Origin: an uncultured Pseudomonadota bacterium
GTDB taxonomy: Bacteria > Myxococcota_A > Polyangia > Fen-1088
Assembly (NCBI GenBank): GCA_963847705.1
Contig: CAWKBC010000014.1
Coordinates: forward strand, 128,001 to 192,000
DNA: 64,000 nt
Reading direction: 5' to 3'
The position numbers and the translations under genes were made by a program. Positions within the stretch are counted from its first letter, which is position 1; the number at the start of each line of letters is the position of its first letter. Below the pieces are notes generated by a model that saw only the letters and a program-made list of their open reading frames with translations, had not been told where the DNA came from and did not search any database. This document shows, piece after piece, positions 53,214 to 62,832 of this stretch.

Positions 53214-54146
53214 TCAGGACGTCCCTCTTCCATTGGATCCGCGAACTGATTCGTATCGGAGAAGAATGAAGTGCGCGGCCGTCAGCGCGTACTGTCGACA
53301 GATCCTCGCGTGTTCGTGCTCGGACATGTTCGCGTGGCCGCCGTGAATACTGAGGATCGTGTGGAGTGCGAAAAGGAACCTCTCTTCCTCCTCGGTGATC
53401 AGGCCGTTCGCTTTTAGGAAGGCGCGCACCGGGCCGGGCAGCGCACTCCTGGCAAGGTTCTTCTTGCTCGCGACGGCAGCTGCGCGGGCGACGCCGAGCA
53501 GGGCGATCTCCATGACGTCCCGCCCATGCTTGATGCTGTCTCCCCATTTTCCCGCGGTGTAGTGCTCATCAGTCAGATTCAGATCGTTTGATACTTGCTC
53601 GAGGCCTTCCAAACTCAGGCTCTTGAAAAGGGACAGCAAGGCACCCGATTGCTCCTCGACGTCGAACACATTGGCCTCCCGCACGGCGACTTTGCCATCG
53701 CGGAGCTCATAGCCATCCAGTTCGAGGCAATTGGTCATTCGCTTGATGAGCCAGGAACCCGGCTTCACAAGGCATTCCTCGCTGCGAGCGAACTTCACGA
53801 TATCCTCGACGAGCTTCAGCACGATTCGTTGCGAGGCGATCAGCAGCTCTGGCGCGCTCGCTGCTAGTGCCGAGACTTGCGGCGTCGTCCCCATCCTGGC
53901 GTCGAGACCGAGAACGAAATATTTGATGGCGCCTCGCTGGGGCTGGAGTTGGCGTGCGAGGTGGATCAGCGGTGCGGGATACTCGTTTGCGTACAGAAGA
54001 TCAGCGAACCAGTCGGGGCGGACGCGTTCCTCAGATTTGCCACCGAGGTTGATCGTGAACTCGAAGCACGCCGAGACGACCTCCGCCAAGGCCAAGATCG
54101 TTCGGTTACGAAGCGGTGGCCCAACCACGCTGCGTGCCTCTGCCAT
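53214..54146 (-). CDS. Hypothetical protein, abortive-infection-like architecture possible
   Basis: Long ORF; LELDGY linker and helical C-terminal domain with GGH; cotranscribed with the HEPN gene. Confidence 0.5.
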   Translation of the reverse strand: MAEARSVVGPPLRNRTILALAEVVSACFEFTINLGGKSEERVRPDWFADLLYANEYPAPLIHLARQLQPQRGAIKYFVLGLDARMGTTPQVSALAASAPELLIASQRIVLKLVEDIVKFARSEECLVKPGSWLIKRMTNCLELDGYELRDGKVAVREANVFDVEEQSGALLSLFKSLSLEGLEQVSNDLNLTDEHYTAGKWGDSIKHGRDVMEIALLGVARAAAVASKKNLARSALPGPVRAFLKANGLITEEEERFLFALHTILSIHGGHANMSEHEHARICRQYALTAAHFILLRYESVRGSNGRGTS

Positions 54147-54579
54147 GTGGGCGAGTCTATCGCTTGGCGACGTCGAGCGGGACCAGCCGCCACTATCCGC
54201 TGGACGGGCCGGCCCGATGCCGACCTTCGGCCTCATGAGGCCGACCACAGACGCGGATTTCTGCCGCCGCGGCCGTCGAGCGCAGGGTGTCTGCTTACGT
54301 CGCCGTCGCTTCGCTCATTCACGAGTCGAGCACCACGACGATCTAGGCTATCTCAGGCCCGAGGTCGCCGTCGCGCTTGGAGGGGTGAACGCTCACGGTG
54401 CTCAGGGGTGCGCCCCTGAGCGATGGCGCGGTGCGAGGCGGATGACCTGCTCACCGGGAAGTTCCCTCGCGTGGGACGATGCCCATGTTGTGTGGGGCTG
54501 GTAGTACGTTCGGCAGTAGGGCGCTTGTGCCAAGTCCAGACGGATATTAGTGTATTCAAATACTTGCGCGGGTGTCCGC

Positions 54580-54607
54580 GCCTATGCCACGCTAGCGTGG
54601 CATAGGC
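54580..54607. repeat. Perfect 28-bp palindrome without loop
   Basis: GCCTATGCCACGCT|AGCGTGGCATAGGC. Confidence 0.95.
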
Positions 54608-54693
54608 AACAAAATATGGCTTGACCGGCTCGGCCGCGCTTCCTATGGTCCCTCCCTAAAGGCCTAGGGGGGTCTTTCCGAAAAGGAGAACGA

Positions 54694-54921
54694 ATGGCGT
54701 TGAATCTCAAGGATCTCGCAGCCAATCCCAAGCTGCTTGACGATCTGAGATCACGGGCGGGCGGGCGGGGCTGTGTCAAGTGCAGCACTCCTCTACAGGA
54801 AACGCTCACCGGAAAGCGGCAGCTCGCAGACGGCGATGCCTGCAGCGACTGTTTCTACGAAGAATTGGGTAAGCTCGTCGAAGAGCATCCCATCGCATCG
54901 GCAGGGACCCGCCGAAGCTAA
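54694..54921 (+). CDS. Small zinc-finger-like protein
   Basis: CVKC...CSDC; AAGGAG RBS. Confidence 0.7.
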   Translation: MALNLKDLAANPKLLDDLRSRAGGRGCVKCSTPLQETLTGKRQLADGDACSDCFYEELGKLVEEHPIASAGTRRS

Positions 54922-54991
54922 GAGTAAGCCCAAGGGACAGTAGTCCTTCGGGCTTACCTCTCCATCGGAGTGCCGAGGCTCTACCGATCAC

Positions 54992-55939
54992 GTGAATACC
55001 TATTTCATCGGGAAAGAGGAGATTGAGGCGTACGCCCTCGACCTAGTCGGCCGCTTGGAACGCCTTGAGTCGTTCCCACAGGTTTGGTGCCCCGTCACCA
55101 AGTCCGGGGACGCCATCCAAAAAGTCCTTGCGCCGATCATCCAGGCGATCCGACCGCAATTGTTGGAAGGAGTTCGCAGTGTTTCTATCGGGGTTGAAAA
55201 AACTGGGATCACGTTTTTAGAAGAGGCGAATCCGGGCTCTGAGTTAAGCGGGAAAAGCGTGCTTCTTTTGGACGGCGCCATTCACTCCGGCGATACGATG
55301 AATCGGTGTACGGCGGAGATTCTGAGGTATCAGCCCAAAGAACTGAGTAGCTACTCCTTGGTTATGAAGGTCGGAGCATCCTTCATACCGACCTTTTGGG
55401 GCGTCGCAATAGACGAGACCGATCGCGCCTTTTTCCTCTTAGACAATATCCCGAATCATCGCTTGGACGCTGGGCCGACAAGACGTCAGCCGCCAGTCCA
55501 CCTGGAGCGGCTTTCCGAGAAGCACGTGAAACTGCCGCGGTTAGAATGCGGCGTCGGATCGATGGACCGGATGACATGGTCCGATCGATATTTCCAGATG
55601 CAGGCGGCCGAACATCCCCCGTGTACGTACCTGCTCATGCGCAGCCAGACAATCGTCGGCTACCTGACGGTACGTCATGGTTCCAATGGGGTCTTTTCAA
55701 TCGACGAGGTGGCCAGCACGAAGTCCTCAGGGTATGGGGGAATTCTGATGCGTTTTGCTGACACGCTGGCTCGCCAAACGAATTGCGCGCTCGTCCAGCT
55801 AAACGCAATTGAAAATCAAGTCTCGTTCTACTTGAAATTCGGCTATCGCAAGATAGATGGTCGCCGGCCGCTGACCTTGGATGACGAGATCTTCTGGCCG
55901 ATGGAACGAACGGTTCTTTACCACCAGAGACACCGCTAG
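54992..55939 (+). CDS. Phosphoribosyltransferase-GNAT fusion protein
   Basis: VLLLDGAIHSGDT PRPP-loop-like motif; C-terminal GNAT (IDEVAS..GYGGILM..FYLKFGY). Confidence 0.7.
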   Translation: MNTYFIGKEEIEAYALDLVGRLERLESFPQVWCPVTKSGDAIQKVLAPIIQAIRPQLLEGVRSVSIGVEKTGITFLEEANPGSELSGKSVLLLDGAIHSGDTMNRCTAEILRYQPKELSSYSLVMKVGASFIPTFWGVAIDETDRAFFLLDNIPNHRLDAGPTRRQPPVHLERLSEKHVKLPRLECGVGSMDRMTWSDRYFQMQAAEHPPCTYLLMRSQTIVGYLTVRHGSNGVFSIDEVASTKSSGYGGILMRFADTLARQTNCALVQLNAIENQVSFYLKFGYRKIDGRRPLTLDDEIFWPMERTVLYHQRHR

Positions 55940-56031
55940 GACCGAGACTTCGTTCGGCCGACCCTCTGCCGCGCAGCCCCCTTTCCCGGCACCTCCGGCC
56001 CGTCGTAAGCTCAGCTGTTGGGAGGCTCGAC

Positions 56032-56337
56032 ATGGCGCGATTCATCGCTCGGGTGCAGCTTCACGAGGACGGGGACTACGAGGCGCTTCACAAAGCGATG
56101 GCTACGCTCGGGTTCGTCCCGACGATACCCGACCTCGGCGTCCCCCCGCTGCGCCTCCAGCTCCCAGAGGGAACTTACTATCGGCTCGCAGACCACGACG
56201 ACGTCATGAGGGCGCTGACCTTGGAGGTCTATGAGGCGGCCGTGAAGGCTAACAAAGGGCGCAAGGCCATGGTGTTGGTCGTGAAGGCGGCCGCTGGCGC
56301 GGAAGACGTGTACGAACTCGGTCTTCCAGCAAAGTAG
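56032..56337 (+). CDS. GhoS/DUF2622-like small protein
   Basis: MARFIARVQLH..DYEALHKAM..GF..LPEGTY pattern; GGAGG RBS. Confidence 0.6.
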   Translation: MARFIARVQLHEDGDYEALHKAMATLGFVPTIPDLGVPPLRLQLPEGTYYRLADHDDVMRALTLEVYEAAVKANKGRKAMVLVVKAAAGAEDVYELGLPAK

Positions 56338-56372
56338 ATCAGCGGACCTCGGCGCTGAGCGAAAATCCGAGC

Positions 56373-57248
56373 ATGACCGCCTCCCGAGAGGTTGTAGAGC
56401 TGATCGACTGCGATACCGCCGAACAGTTCCTTAATGTACTGAGCCCGCAAAACCCCGTTTGGGGACCGGACCCCTCGCTATGGATCTTCAGGGGTCACGC
56501 TCAGGCTGATTGGTTGCTCCTGTCAACCGCGCAGCGGGCCGATCTCCACGAAGATTACAACGTCAGGTGGGCAATCACTCGTGGGTGGGAGACAGGGGCA
56601 AGCGCACAAGAGTCTGACAGAAGGCGGGCGGCCGAGGGAGCCCTAGTCGACCGCTTTCGGCGGGCCCTGGACGAGGCGGCTCTGAATATTCCGGTCAACC
56701 CTTTTCAATCGACGTTCTCTGAGGTCGTTCATTCGTACGAGGTTGATCTCGACGGTCTTCCCTTGCTGGCCTTGGCCCAGCATTTAGGGCTTCCGACCAG
56801 CCTATTGGACTGGACTAGGATCGCCCCTAAGGGTGCCTATTTCGCTGCAGGTGACTTTGAGGTCGCAGAGGACGAAGGACGTCTCGCGGTATGGGGACTG
56901 AATACAGGACTCTTTGCATCGGGGATTTTCGTCGATCCACTCACCATGAGGATCGTCACTGCCCCGAACGCCAGCAACCCGAATCTCCACGCTCAGTCGG
57001 GACTATTTACCCAAGCGCGCGGCGGAGAGCTGCTCGCGGTCGACGACTACGTTCGAGCTGTATTCGACGAGAACTCAGCACACATAAAGGTCCCGCTACC
57101 GTGGATGAGAAAACTGACCCTTCGTCGAACCTTTCGGAAGGAGTTATTGCGCCTGCTTTCCTACGGCGGGATCAACGGATCTTCGATGTTCCCCGGCTAT
57201 TCGGGGGTCGTGCGTCGTCTTCGGGAAGAGGCTCTCTGGAAGCCATAG
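56373..57248 (+). CDS. FRG-domain protein
   Basis: WIFRGH, AQHLGLPTSLLDWT, NLHAQSGLF. Confidence 0.88.
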   Translation: MTASREVVELIDCDTAEQFLNVLSPQNPVWGPDPSLWIFRGHAQADWLLLSTAQRADLHEDYNVRWAITRGWETGASAQESDRRRAAEGALVDRFRRALDEAALNIPVNPFQSTFSEVVHSYEVDLDGLPLLALAQHLGLPTSLLDWTRIAPKGAYFAAGDFEVAEDEGRLAVWGLNTGLFASGIFVDPLTMRIVTAPNASNPNLHAQSGLFTQARGGELLAVDDYVRAVFDENSAHIKVPLPWMRKLTLRRTFRKELLRLLSYGGINGSSMFPGYSGVVRRLREEALWKP

Positions 57249-57358
57249 GTCGTCCGCCTCCCAGTCTGGACAGTCGCACCGGCAGCGTGGGAACCCAAGG
57301 CGGCCAGCGCAGCGAGCAGACCGTGACCCCGGTAAGCCGAGCCAGACTAGCGTCGAAA

Positions 57359-59953
57359 TTAAAAGCCAGGAATCTCGAGCTTGCGGGCGAGACGGAGGAC
57401 GTGATCGTTCTTCGGGTCCAAGGCCAGCGCCTTTTCGACGGCCCGTCGAGCAGGAGGATGTTCTTCGAGATTCAGGTGCAACCACGCCAGCCTTGAAAGA
57501 TCTGTCGCGTCCACCTGCTTCCCGAATCGAGAAAATGCGTCAACGATTGGCGCGATGAGGGAGCGCCGATCGTAACCGTAGTCCTTGAAGTCCCTGAGGA
57601 TTCCATTTATGCGATTTGCGGCTTCACTGATCTCCTCCAGGCTAATGAGAGAACTCCTGCCGTATTCGCCCCAGGCGTGTAGAGCTGCCTCGGGGTCGCC
57701 GAGCCGCTGTGAGTAGAGCGCCAGTTCTCGCCATGCCTGGCGGCGGTCAGCATCTTGCGGTGCTACCTCGATATACCGTCTAAGGGCGTCCCTCGAGTGT
57801 TTCCACCCATCCGCGTTTCCGACTTCGCCGTAGAGGCGAGACATCATCAGCCAAGCCTGTGGATAGTCCTGAGCGATGTATTCCAGAACCGGAACGTAGT
57901 TCTCGAACTGTTCTGGGCCGTCTGCGAGTGCTTCGGACGCAAGCGCAAAGACCTTCTCCACGTGAGGTGCGATCCCGTGCCGAAGATCCGCTTCCTGAGT
58001 CGCACCGAAAGCTCGGAGGAGAGCGACATCAGCAGCGACTGCCGGGCTTGACGGTTCCGTGCTGAGCTTCCTGCGGCCGAACAGCGACGCGACGAGTGGT
58101 GCGCGGAGAAATTCGTGTCGGCCGGACATCAGAACCTCGATCAGGGAGGATCTCCGAAGAGCTTCAACGGCTTTCTCGACATCCATCTTGTCGGCGTTTG
58201 CTGGTCGAAGGAGCACCGCTTCGAGCCCCACCCGTGGGACCCATGACCGCCAACTGCACAGCGTGAGAAACACACGTCGCGAGCTAGGATCGAGGCTGCC
58301 GTACGTCCGCTCGAAGAGAGCCGTCAAGATGTTTTCTTTCGACGCGACGATCCGCTCGACAGCGAGGAGACGGCCGGCGTTTGCCACCTCGCCGAGAAGA
58401 ACCTTCATCACATAAGGGTGGCCCTCTGCTTCCTCGTGCAGGCGCCGCTTGTACTCGGAAGTCAACAGCCCTGTGATCCCGAGACTACTGGCAGTACCTT
58501 CGATCAGCTTCTCGCTCTCTTCCTCCTCCATGCCGGACACCGCGATCTGGTAGTCCCCGTTGAATTCGCTCAGGCGTGTCGTGATCAGAACCTTGTTGGG
58601 CAAACGGATAGAAGCATCGATCCAGCGAAACAGATCCACGGGCGATGACACCGTCTCGAAATTGTCGAACACGAATAGGGTCGCCCCGGCAGCGGCGCGT
58701 TCCATTTCACTCCTCATAAACTCCACAGGCTTGAAACCCCTCTTCCCGGCGTCGGGCGCGTCTATCAAGCGTGCGTATTCCGTCGCAATGTCCACCTCGT
58801 TCAAAACATCCGGTTTCACCGGCTTCGGGCCCGCGGTCATCAGATCGACGTCGCGAGCACTGAACCAGAGAATGGCAGTGAACTGTCCCGACATAGCGAG
58901 GTCGTTCAGGACCTCGAGGGCTAGCGACGTCTTGCCGATGCCGCCGCGCCCATGAAGCGTCACTAGCGGGTGACGATCGTCCGTGAGACAGCGAGACAGT
59001 TCTCGCTCAAGCCTCTCCCTCTTGATGTAGCCTGGTGGGCGAACAGGAAGGTTGGCGAAGGAGTTCCCAACGATCTCCAGTGCACCTCGAGCTTTCGTCT
59101 CACTTCCGGGCAAGGAGGTAGCAGGTACGAGGTATGGGGCCGCATCGGCCGATGCCGCGCTGCCGGTAATGTACGAGACGACCTCGAACCGCTTGTCGTT
59201 GAACCCGCCATTCGGACAGTGGAAGTCTGAGAGTTCACCATCCGAACGCAGCATTTCGACGAGCCGGAGACGATCAAACTCGACGTAGATGCCGTTCGGC
59301 AACGATGTAGAGGTCTTGGATCGGAGGTCGTCGAATGCACGAGATGAAGCGCCACAATAGGCAACCCGATACTTTCCGGAAAGGTTGCGGTGGAGGAACG
59401 CCCACGGGCGACCGAATAGCGCGAAGTTGGCCATGACCATTTCGATCGAGGCGGCCAAGGCCTCGATCGCTGCCGCCCGTTGAACTGGTCCCTGCGCCCC
59501 ATGCCCGCGGGTCTTGTTCCTGAGATGGACGAATATCCTGAACCAGTCTCGTTGGCTCGGACTACCGGAAACGTCCGGAACGTCGGGCGCTAGTTGGCCG
59601 GCGGCACGATGAATAGCTGTAACCGCATTGACCACCCACTCGGCCGACGACTTCTTCTGCGTTAGCGCACGTACCTCGTCTTCAGCTGCCGTTCGGAACT
59701 GTGCCGTAGGCCCCGTAAGGATCTCTTCGATCACTTCCCCCCACACACCGAGACCGCTCGCCCGTACCAGTCGATGGATCTGCCTATATCGATGTCGGTC
59801 GGCGTCATCGTCTATTGCGGCGACCAAGCCAGCGGTAACCAACTTGGTCACGAACTCCCCCGCAAGCATCAGACTGTCGAAATACTCAGCGTCGGAATTC
59901 TCACGGGCGCGCGACATTCGCTCGCGCATCCGATCTAGCGGCAGGAACGGCAT
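57359..59953 (-). CDS. STAND (NB-ARC-like) ATPase with C-terminal TPRs
   Basis: GRGGIGKT, FVFDNFE, VLITTR, GHP; TPR-like C-terminus; uncharacterised N-terminal domain. Confidence 0.82.
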   Translation of the reverse strand: MPFLPLDRMRERMSRARENSDAEYFDSLMLAGEFVTKLVTAGLVAAIDDDADRHRYRQIHRLVRASGLGVWGEVIEEILTGPTAQFRTAAEDEVRALTQKKSSAEWVVNAVTAIHRAAGQLAPDVPDVSGSPSQRDWFRIFVHLRNKTRGHGAQGPVQRAAAIEALAASIEMVMANFALFGRPWAFLHRNLSGKYRVAYCGASSRAFDDLRSKTSTSLPNGIYVEFDRLRLVEMLRSDGELSDFHCPNGGFNDKRFEVVSYITGSAASADAAPYLVPATSLPGSETKARGALEIVGNSFANLPVRPPGYIKRERLERELSRCLTDDRHPLVTLHGRGGIGKTSLALEVLNDLAMSGQFTAILWFSARDVDLMTAGPKPVKPDVLNEVDIATEYARLIDAPDAGKRGFKPVEFMRSEMERAAAGATLFVFDNFETVSSPVDLFRWIDASIRLPNKVLITTRLSEFNGDYQIAVSGMEEEESEKLIEGTASSLGITGLLTSEYKRRLHEEAEGHPYVMKVLLGEVANAGRLLAVERIVASKENILTALFERTYGSLDPSSRRVFLTLCSWRSWVPRVGLEAVLLRPANADKMDVEKAVEALRRSSLIEVLMSGRHEFLRAPLVASLFGRRKLSTEPSSPAVAADVALLRAFGATQEADLRHGIAPHVEKVFALASEALADGPEQFENYVPVLEYIAQDYPQAWLMMSRLYGEVGNADGWKHSRDALRRYIEVAPQDADRRQAWRELALYSQRLGDPEAALHAWGEYGRSSLISLEEISEAANRINGILRDFKDYGYDRRSLIAPIVDAFSRFGKQVDATDLSRLAWLHLNLEEHPPARRAVEKALALDPKNDHVLRLARKLEIPGF

Positions 59954-60177
59954 CGACCCTCCGGCAAGTTTACGATTGATCTTACTGCGAATCGCCGACG
60001 GCGAGAACGGCACTGAGATCAGCGAGGGAGCCGCGCAGCTTGGTGACCTCCGTTTGCAGGGCCTCCCGAGGATCGGTGCTAAACGCTGTGATTTTTGGAT
60101 TCGCCTCGTCTCACGGGATTGAACACTTTCAAAAGGTTGCGCCCCCCTGCTACCCGCTGCGATGCCCCCCTTGCGTA

Positions 60178-60220
60178 CTGTCACGCCGGAGGCCGCGGGT
60201 TCAAGTCCCGTCCACCCCGC
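60178..60220 (+). other. 3' half of a tRNA-Asp(GTC): att-site remnant
   Basis: CTGTCACGCCGGAGGCCGCGGGTTCAAGTCCCGTCCACCCCGC gives anticodon loop, T arm and acceptor 3' strand; no 5' half. Confidence 0.8.
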
Positions 60221-60607
60221 TGAAACCCCTACCTCCTGCGATACTTGCGATACAGAGATCGCCCGAAGTCGAGGATTCGAACTCCCCCGCTGAGGTTGAG
60301 AAAGGAGTTCTCGGCAGCAAGCTGCGCCGGCGAGACCTCGCCCCGCCGAAGGCGGCGCTCATCCTCTTCGCGAGATCGCTGCTTCTCGGCCGCTCGCTCT
60401 GCGAAAGACTTCATCCTGCTAGCCACGTCAGTTCCTACCTGCACCGTATCGACCATCTTTTCTCTCGGTCAAGAGAGACATGATCGCCAGGCATGCCTAC
60501 CAGACTTTCCAATCGTTACCGCTGGAACTACCGAGAACTGCTGACGTTTCTCCGTCTGCGGTAACGTTTCGTGGTCGTAAGCTATTGATTTTGTTCGTAG
60601 ACGGTCA

Positions 60608-60658
60608 GAATCGCACTCAGGAGGCCGACGGTTCGATCCCGTTCATCTCCACGATTTT
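60608..60658 (+). repeat. attR: duplicated 3' part of tRNA-Ala
   Basis: Identical to 34956-35006. Confidence 0.95.
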
Positions 60659-60759
60659 ACTGATGATTTTTTTGCCGCAGGGCAGCGAGAAAACGTTTGA
60701 GAGGCAAACGTTTTTCGTTAGCTCGGCAGAAGTAACGCCCATTCGGGAGACGGCGCCCT

Positions 60760-62169
60760 CTAGGGTCTGGCGATGAGCTGCCCGATCTTGGTGGCCACGG
60801 CGGTCGTCGTGGTCGCGTAGCTCGCGTCGCAGACCGATCCGAGGACGTTGTTCGGGAAGGCGTTCACGAACTGGGCGATGCGCACGCCCGGATCGGCGAA
60901 GCTGCCGTCGGTCGTGTTCTGGGTGGCCTTGGGGTTGACGTAGCCGCCGGGGCCGACCGCGCCGCAGGAGTGCATGACCGTCGGCCAGAGCTCACCCGGC
61001 TGCGTGTTCTGACCACCCTCCGCGGGTATCCAGGCGACCGTGTAAGGTGCGGCGGGCCCGGCGATGGCGGCGACGAGGATCTGGTTGTCCGGGTCTGGCT
61101 TCAGCGACTTGATGTCGCTGATGAACTTCGAGACCGGCGTGAGCGCGCTCGATCCGGTCCCCGTCGGGGGTTGCTCGTTGTCGACGCAGTTGGCGAGATC
61201 GAGAGTGGGCGCGCTGGACGTCCCCTGCGCGTCGGTGGGGGGCTTGAGCGGCGGGATCATCCAGGCGTTTCCGCTCGCCACATCCTGGCAGTAGTGGGCC
61301 CCGCGGGGGCCGCCGTTGCAGCGGTAGTTGGCGATGGGGCCGTCGGGGTTCGAGATGTTCTGCTGGGCGCCGTTGAGCGAATAGATCGTCGTGTCGGCGG
61401 GGGCCGAGCAGTCGTCCTCGTTGGTCAGCATCAAGATGACGAGGTAGGCGCTCGGCCGCAGGAAGTTGGAGTTCGTGGCCGGGGCCGCGCCGAGGCCGTC
61501 GGCGCCGAGGGCGCGATCGATCGAGGCGAGCTGATGCTCGAAGCCGCAGCCTTTGCCACCGAGGAGCTCGATGCACTGGACCACGTTGCCGAGGGGGTCG
61601 GTGTAGTTCGGCATCATGTCGGCATCGGAGATGAACGTGTCGCCGGCGATCAGCGTCGTGTTCACGCAGGTGCCCTGCGGCGCCGCATGGAAGGCACCCT
61701 GGTCGCCCTGTTTGGTGCAGCCAATCGAGGTGGTCGAGTCGCCGGGCGCGCCCATGTCCGAAGAGACGACGGCCAGGTGCAGGCTGAGCGGTACGGGGAG
61801 TCCCTCCAGCGCATTGATGAACCCCGGGAGCTGGTCGTAGAGCTTCGCCTGCATCTCCTCCATCTCGGACGAGTCGTCGATCATCATCAGGACGTCGACC
61901 TCGTTGTTGATCTTGCTTCCGAACGAGCCGCCGACCGGCGTCCCCCCGCTGCCGCCCGAGCCGAAGCTTCCGCCCATGATGCCCGCGCCGCCGGTGTCCC
62001 CGCCCGAACCGCCGGAACCACCAGTCGCGCCCGCCCCGCCGGCTCCCGACAGCGATTCGCCGCCGTGACAGCCGGCCACGGAGCCGGCCACGGAGCCGGC
62101 CACGACCGCCAGTACGACCGAGAGGCCGAGGGGCCACCGCCGAGTCTCCCGAGCTGAGCGAACAGTCAT
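60760..62169 (-). CDS. Myxobacterial lipoprotein with Gly-rich linker and VWA-like Cys-rich domain
   Basis: Lipobox VAGC; VDVLMMIDDSSEM; GCGFEHQL; LTNEDDCS. Confidence 0.75.
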   Translation of the reverse strand: MTVRSARETRRWPLGLSVVLAVVAGSVAGSVAGCHGGESLSGAGGAGATGGSGGSGGDTGGAGIMGGSFGSGGSGGTPVGGSFGSKINNEVDVLMMIDDSSEMEEMQAKLYDQLPGFINALEGLPVPLSLHLAVVSSDMGAPGDSTTSIGCTKQGDQGAFHAAPQGTCVNTTLIAGDTFISDADMMPNYTDPLGNVVQCIELLGGKGCGFEHQLASIDRALGADGLGAAPATNSNFLRPSAYLVILMLTNEDDCSAPADTTIYSLNGAQQNISNPDGPIANYRCNGGPRGAHYCQDVASGNAWMIPPLKPPTDAQGTSSAPTLDLANCVDNEQPPTGTGSSALTPVSKFISDIKSLKPDPDNQILVAAIAGPAAPYTVAWIPAEGGQNTQPGELWPTVMHSCGAVGPGGYVNPKATQNTTDGSFADPGVRIAQFVNAFPNNVLGSVCDASYATTTTAVATKIGQLIARP

Positions 62170-62782
62170 CAGAGCCTTCCACGTCTTTAGTGCGATCCCA
62201 CCGATCAGATCGGGTCAGCTTTCGCGCTCCCGAGGATGAGTAAGAAAAGCGCGGGTTTTGGCTGATAATACTTCCTTCCGTCCGTCAGAATCGCGTGGCC
62301 GCCCTGGCGGAACATCGACCTTGGTGCCGCTGAACTTGACGCTCACCTGCGGGGATCGCAGGGCCAGGGACTCTGGCGGTCCTCATTAAGCGATCGCCAC
62401 CACGTCGCAGGCGACCAGCGATGGCAGCGTCACGGTCTCCGCCGTATTGGCTACCTTCATCACCGAACCTCTGACAGTTCTCGTCTCTAGCCTCTGGTTC
62501 TCGTAGACGCCTGAGGCGCTCGGCGTTCGGTCCCGGCCTGAGACCCTTCGCCGCCAGGTGCTTGCCGTAGGAGTCGATCGCGGTCGGCCACAGTCACGCC
62601 CTCCTCCACGATTGGATCGCCGATCTAGCTCTGTGACGGTGAGACTCCCGCTGGCGCCTGGTTCTGCCTTCCGTGAAGAGATCTCCATTCGTTTTGCTTC
62701 CAAGTAGCTAACGTTGCTGACGTTCTCGGAGTCGAGAAAACGTTTGGGTTCATGAGGCGTGGATATCGTTCGTTAATCTTTA

Positions 62783-62817
62783 GAATCGCACTCAGGAGGC
62801 CGACAGTTCGATCCCGT
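62783..62817 (+). repeat. Third, shorter tRNA-Ala 3' fragment (older attR)
   Basis: GAATCGCACTCAGGAGGCCGACaGTTCGATCCCGT, 1 mismatch to the tRNA. Confidence 0.85.
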
Positions 62818-62832
62818 CCCGGGACCGGGACC

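Larger units (their letters stand above)
34956..60658. mobile_element. ~25.7 kb integrative (probably mobilizable) element in tRNA-Ala
   Basis: 51-bp exact direct repeat at 34956-35006 and 60608-60658; integrase at the left end; relaxase; visibly lower GC than flanks. Confidence 0.92.

Noticed and set aside
34956-60658. Prophage or self-transmissible ICE
   Set aside because: No capsid, terminase, tail, VirB4 or coupling-protein genes are recognisable.
60608-62817. Additional functional tRNA genes at 60608 and 62783 (also 60178)
   Set aside because: All lack the 5' acceptor strand and D arm; they are att remnants.
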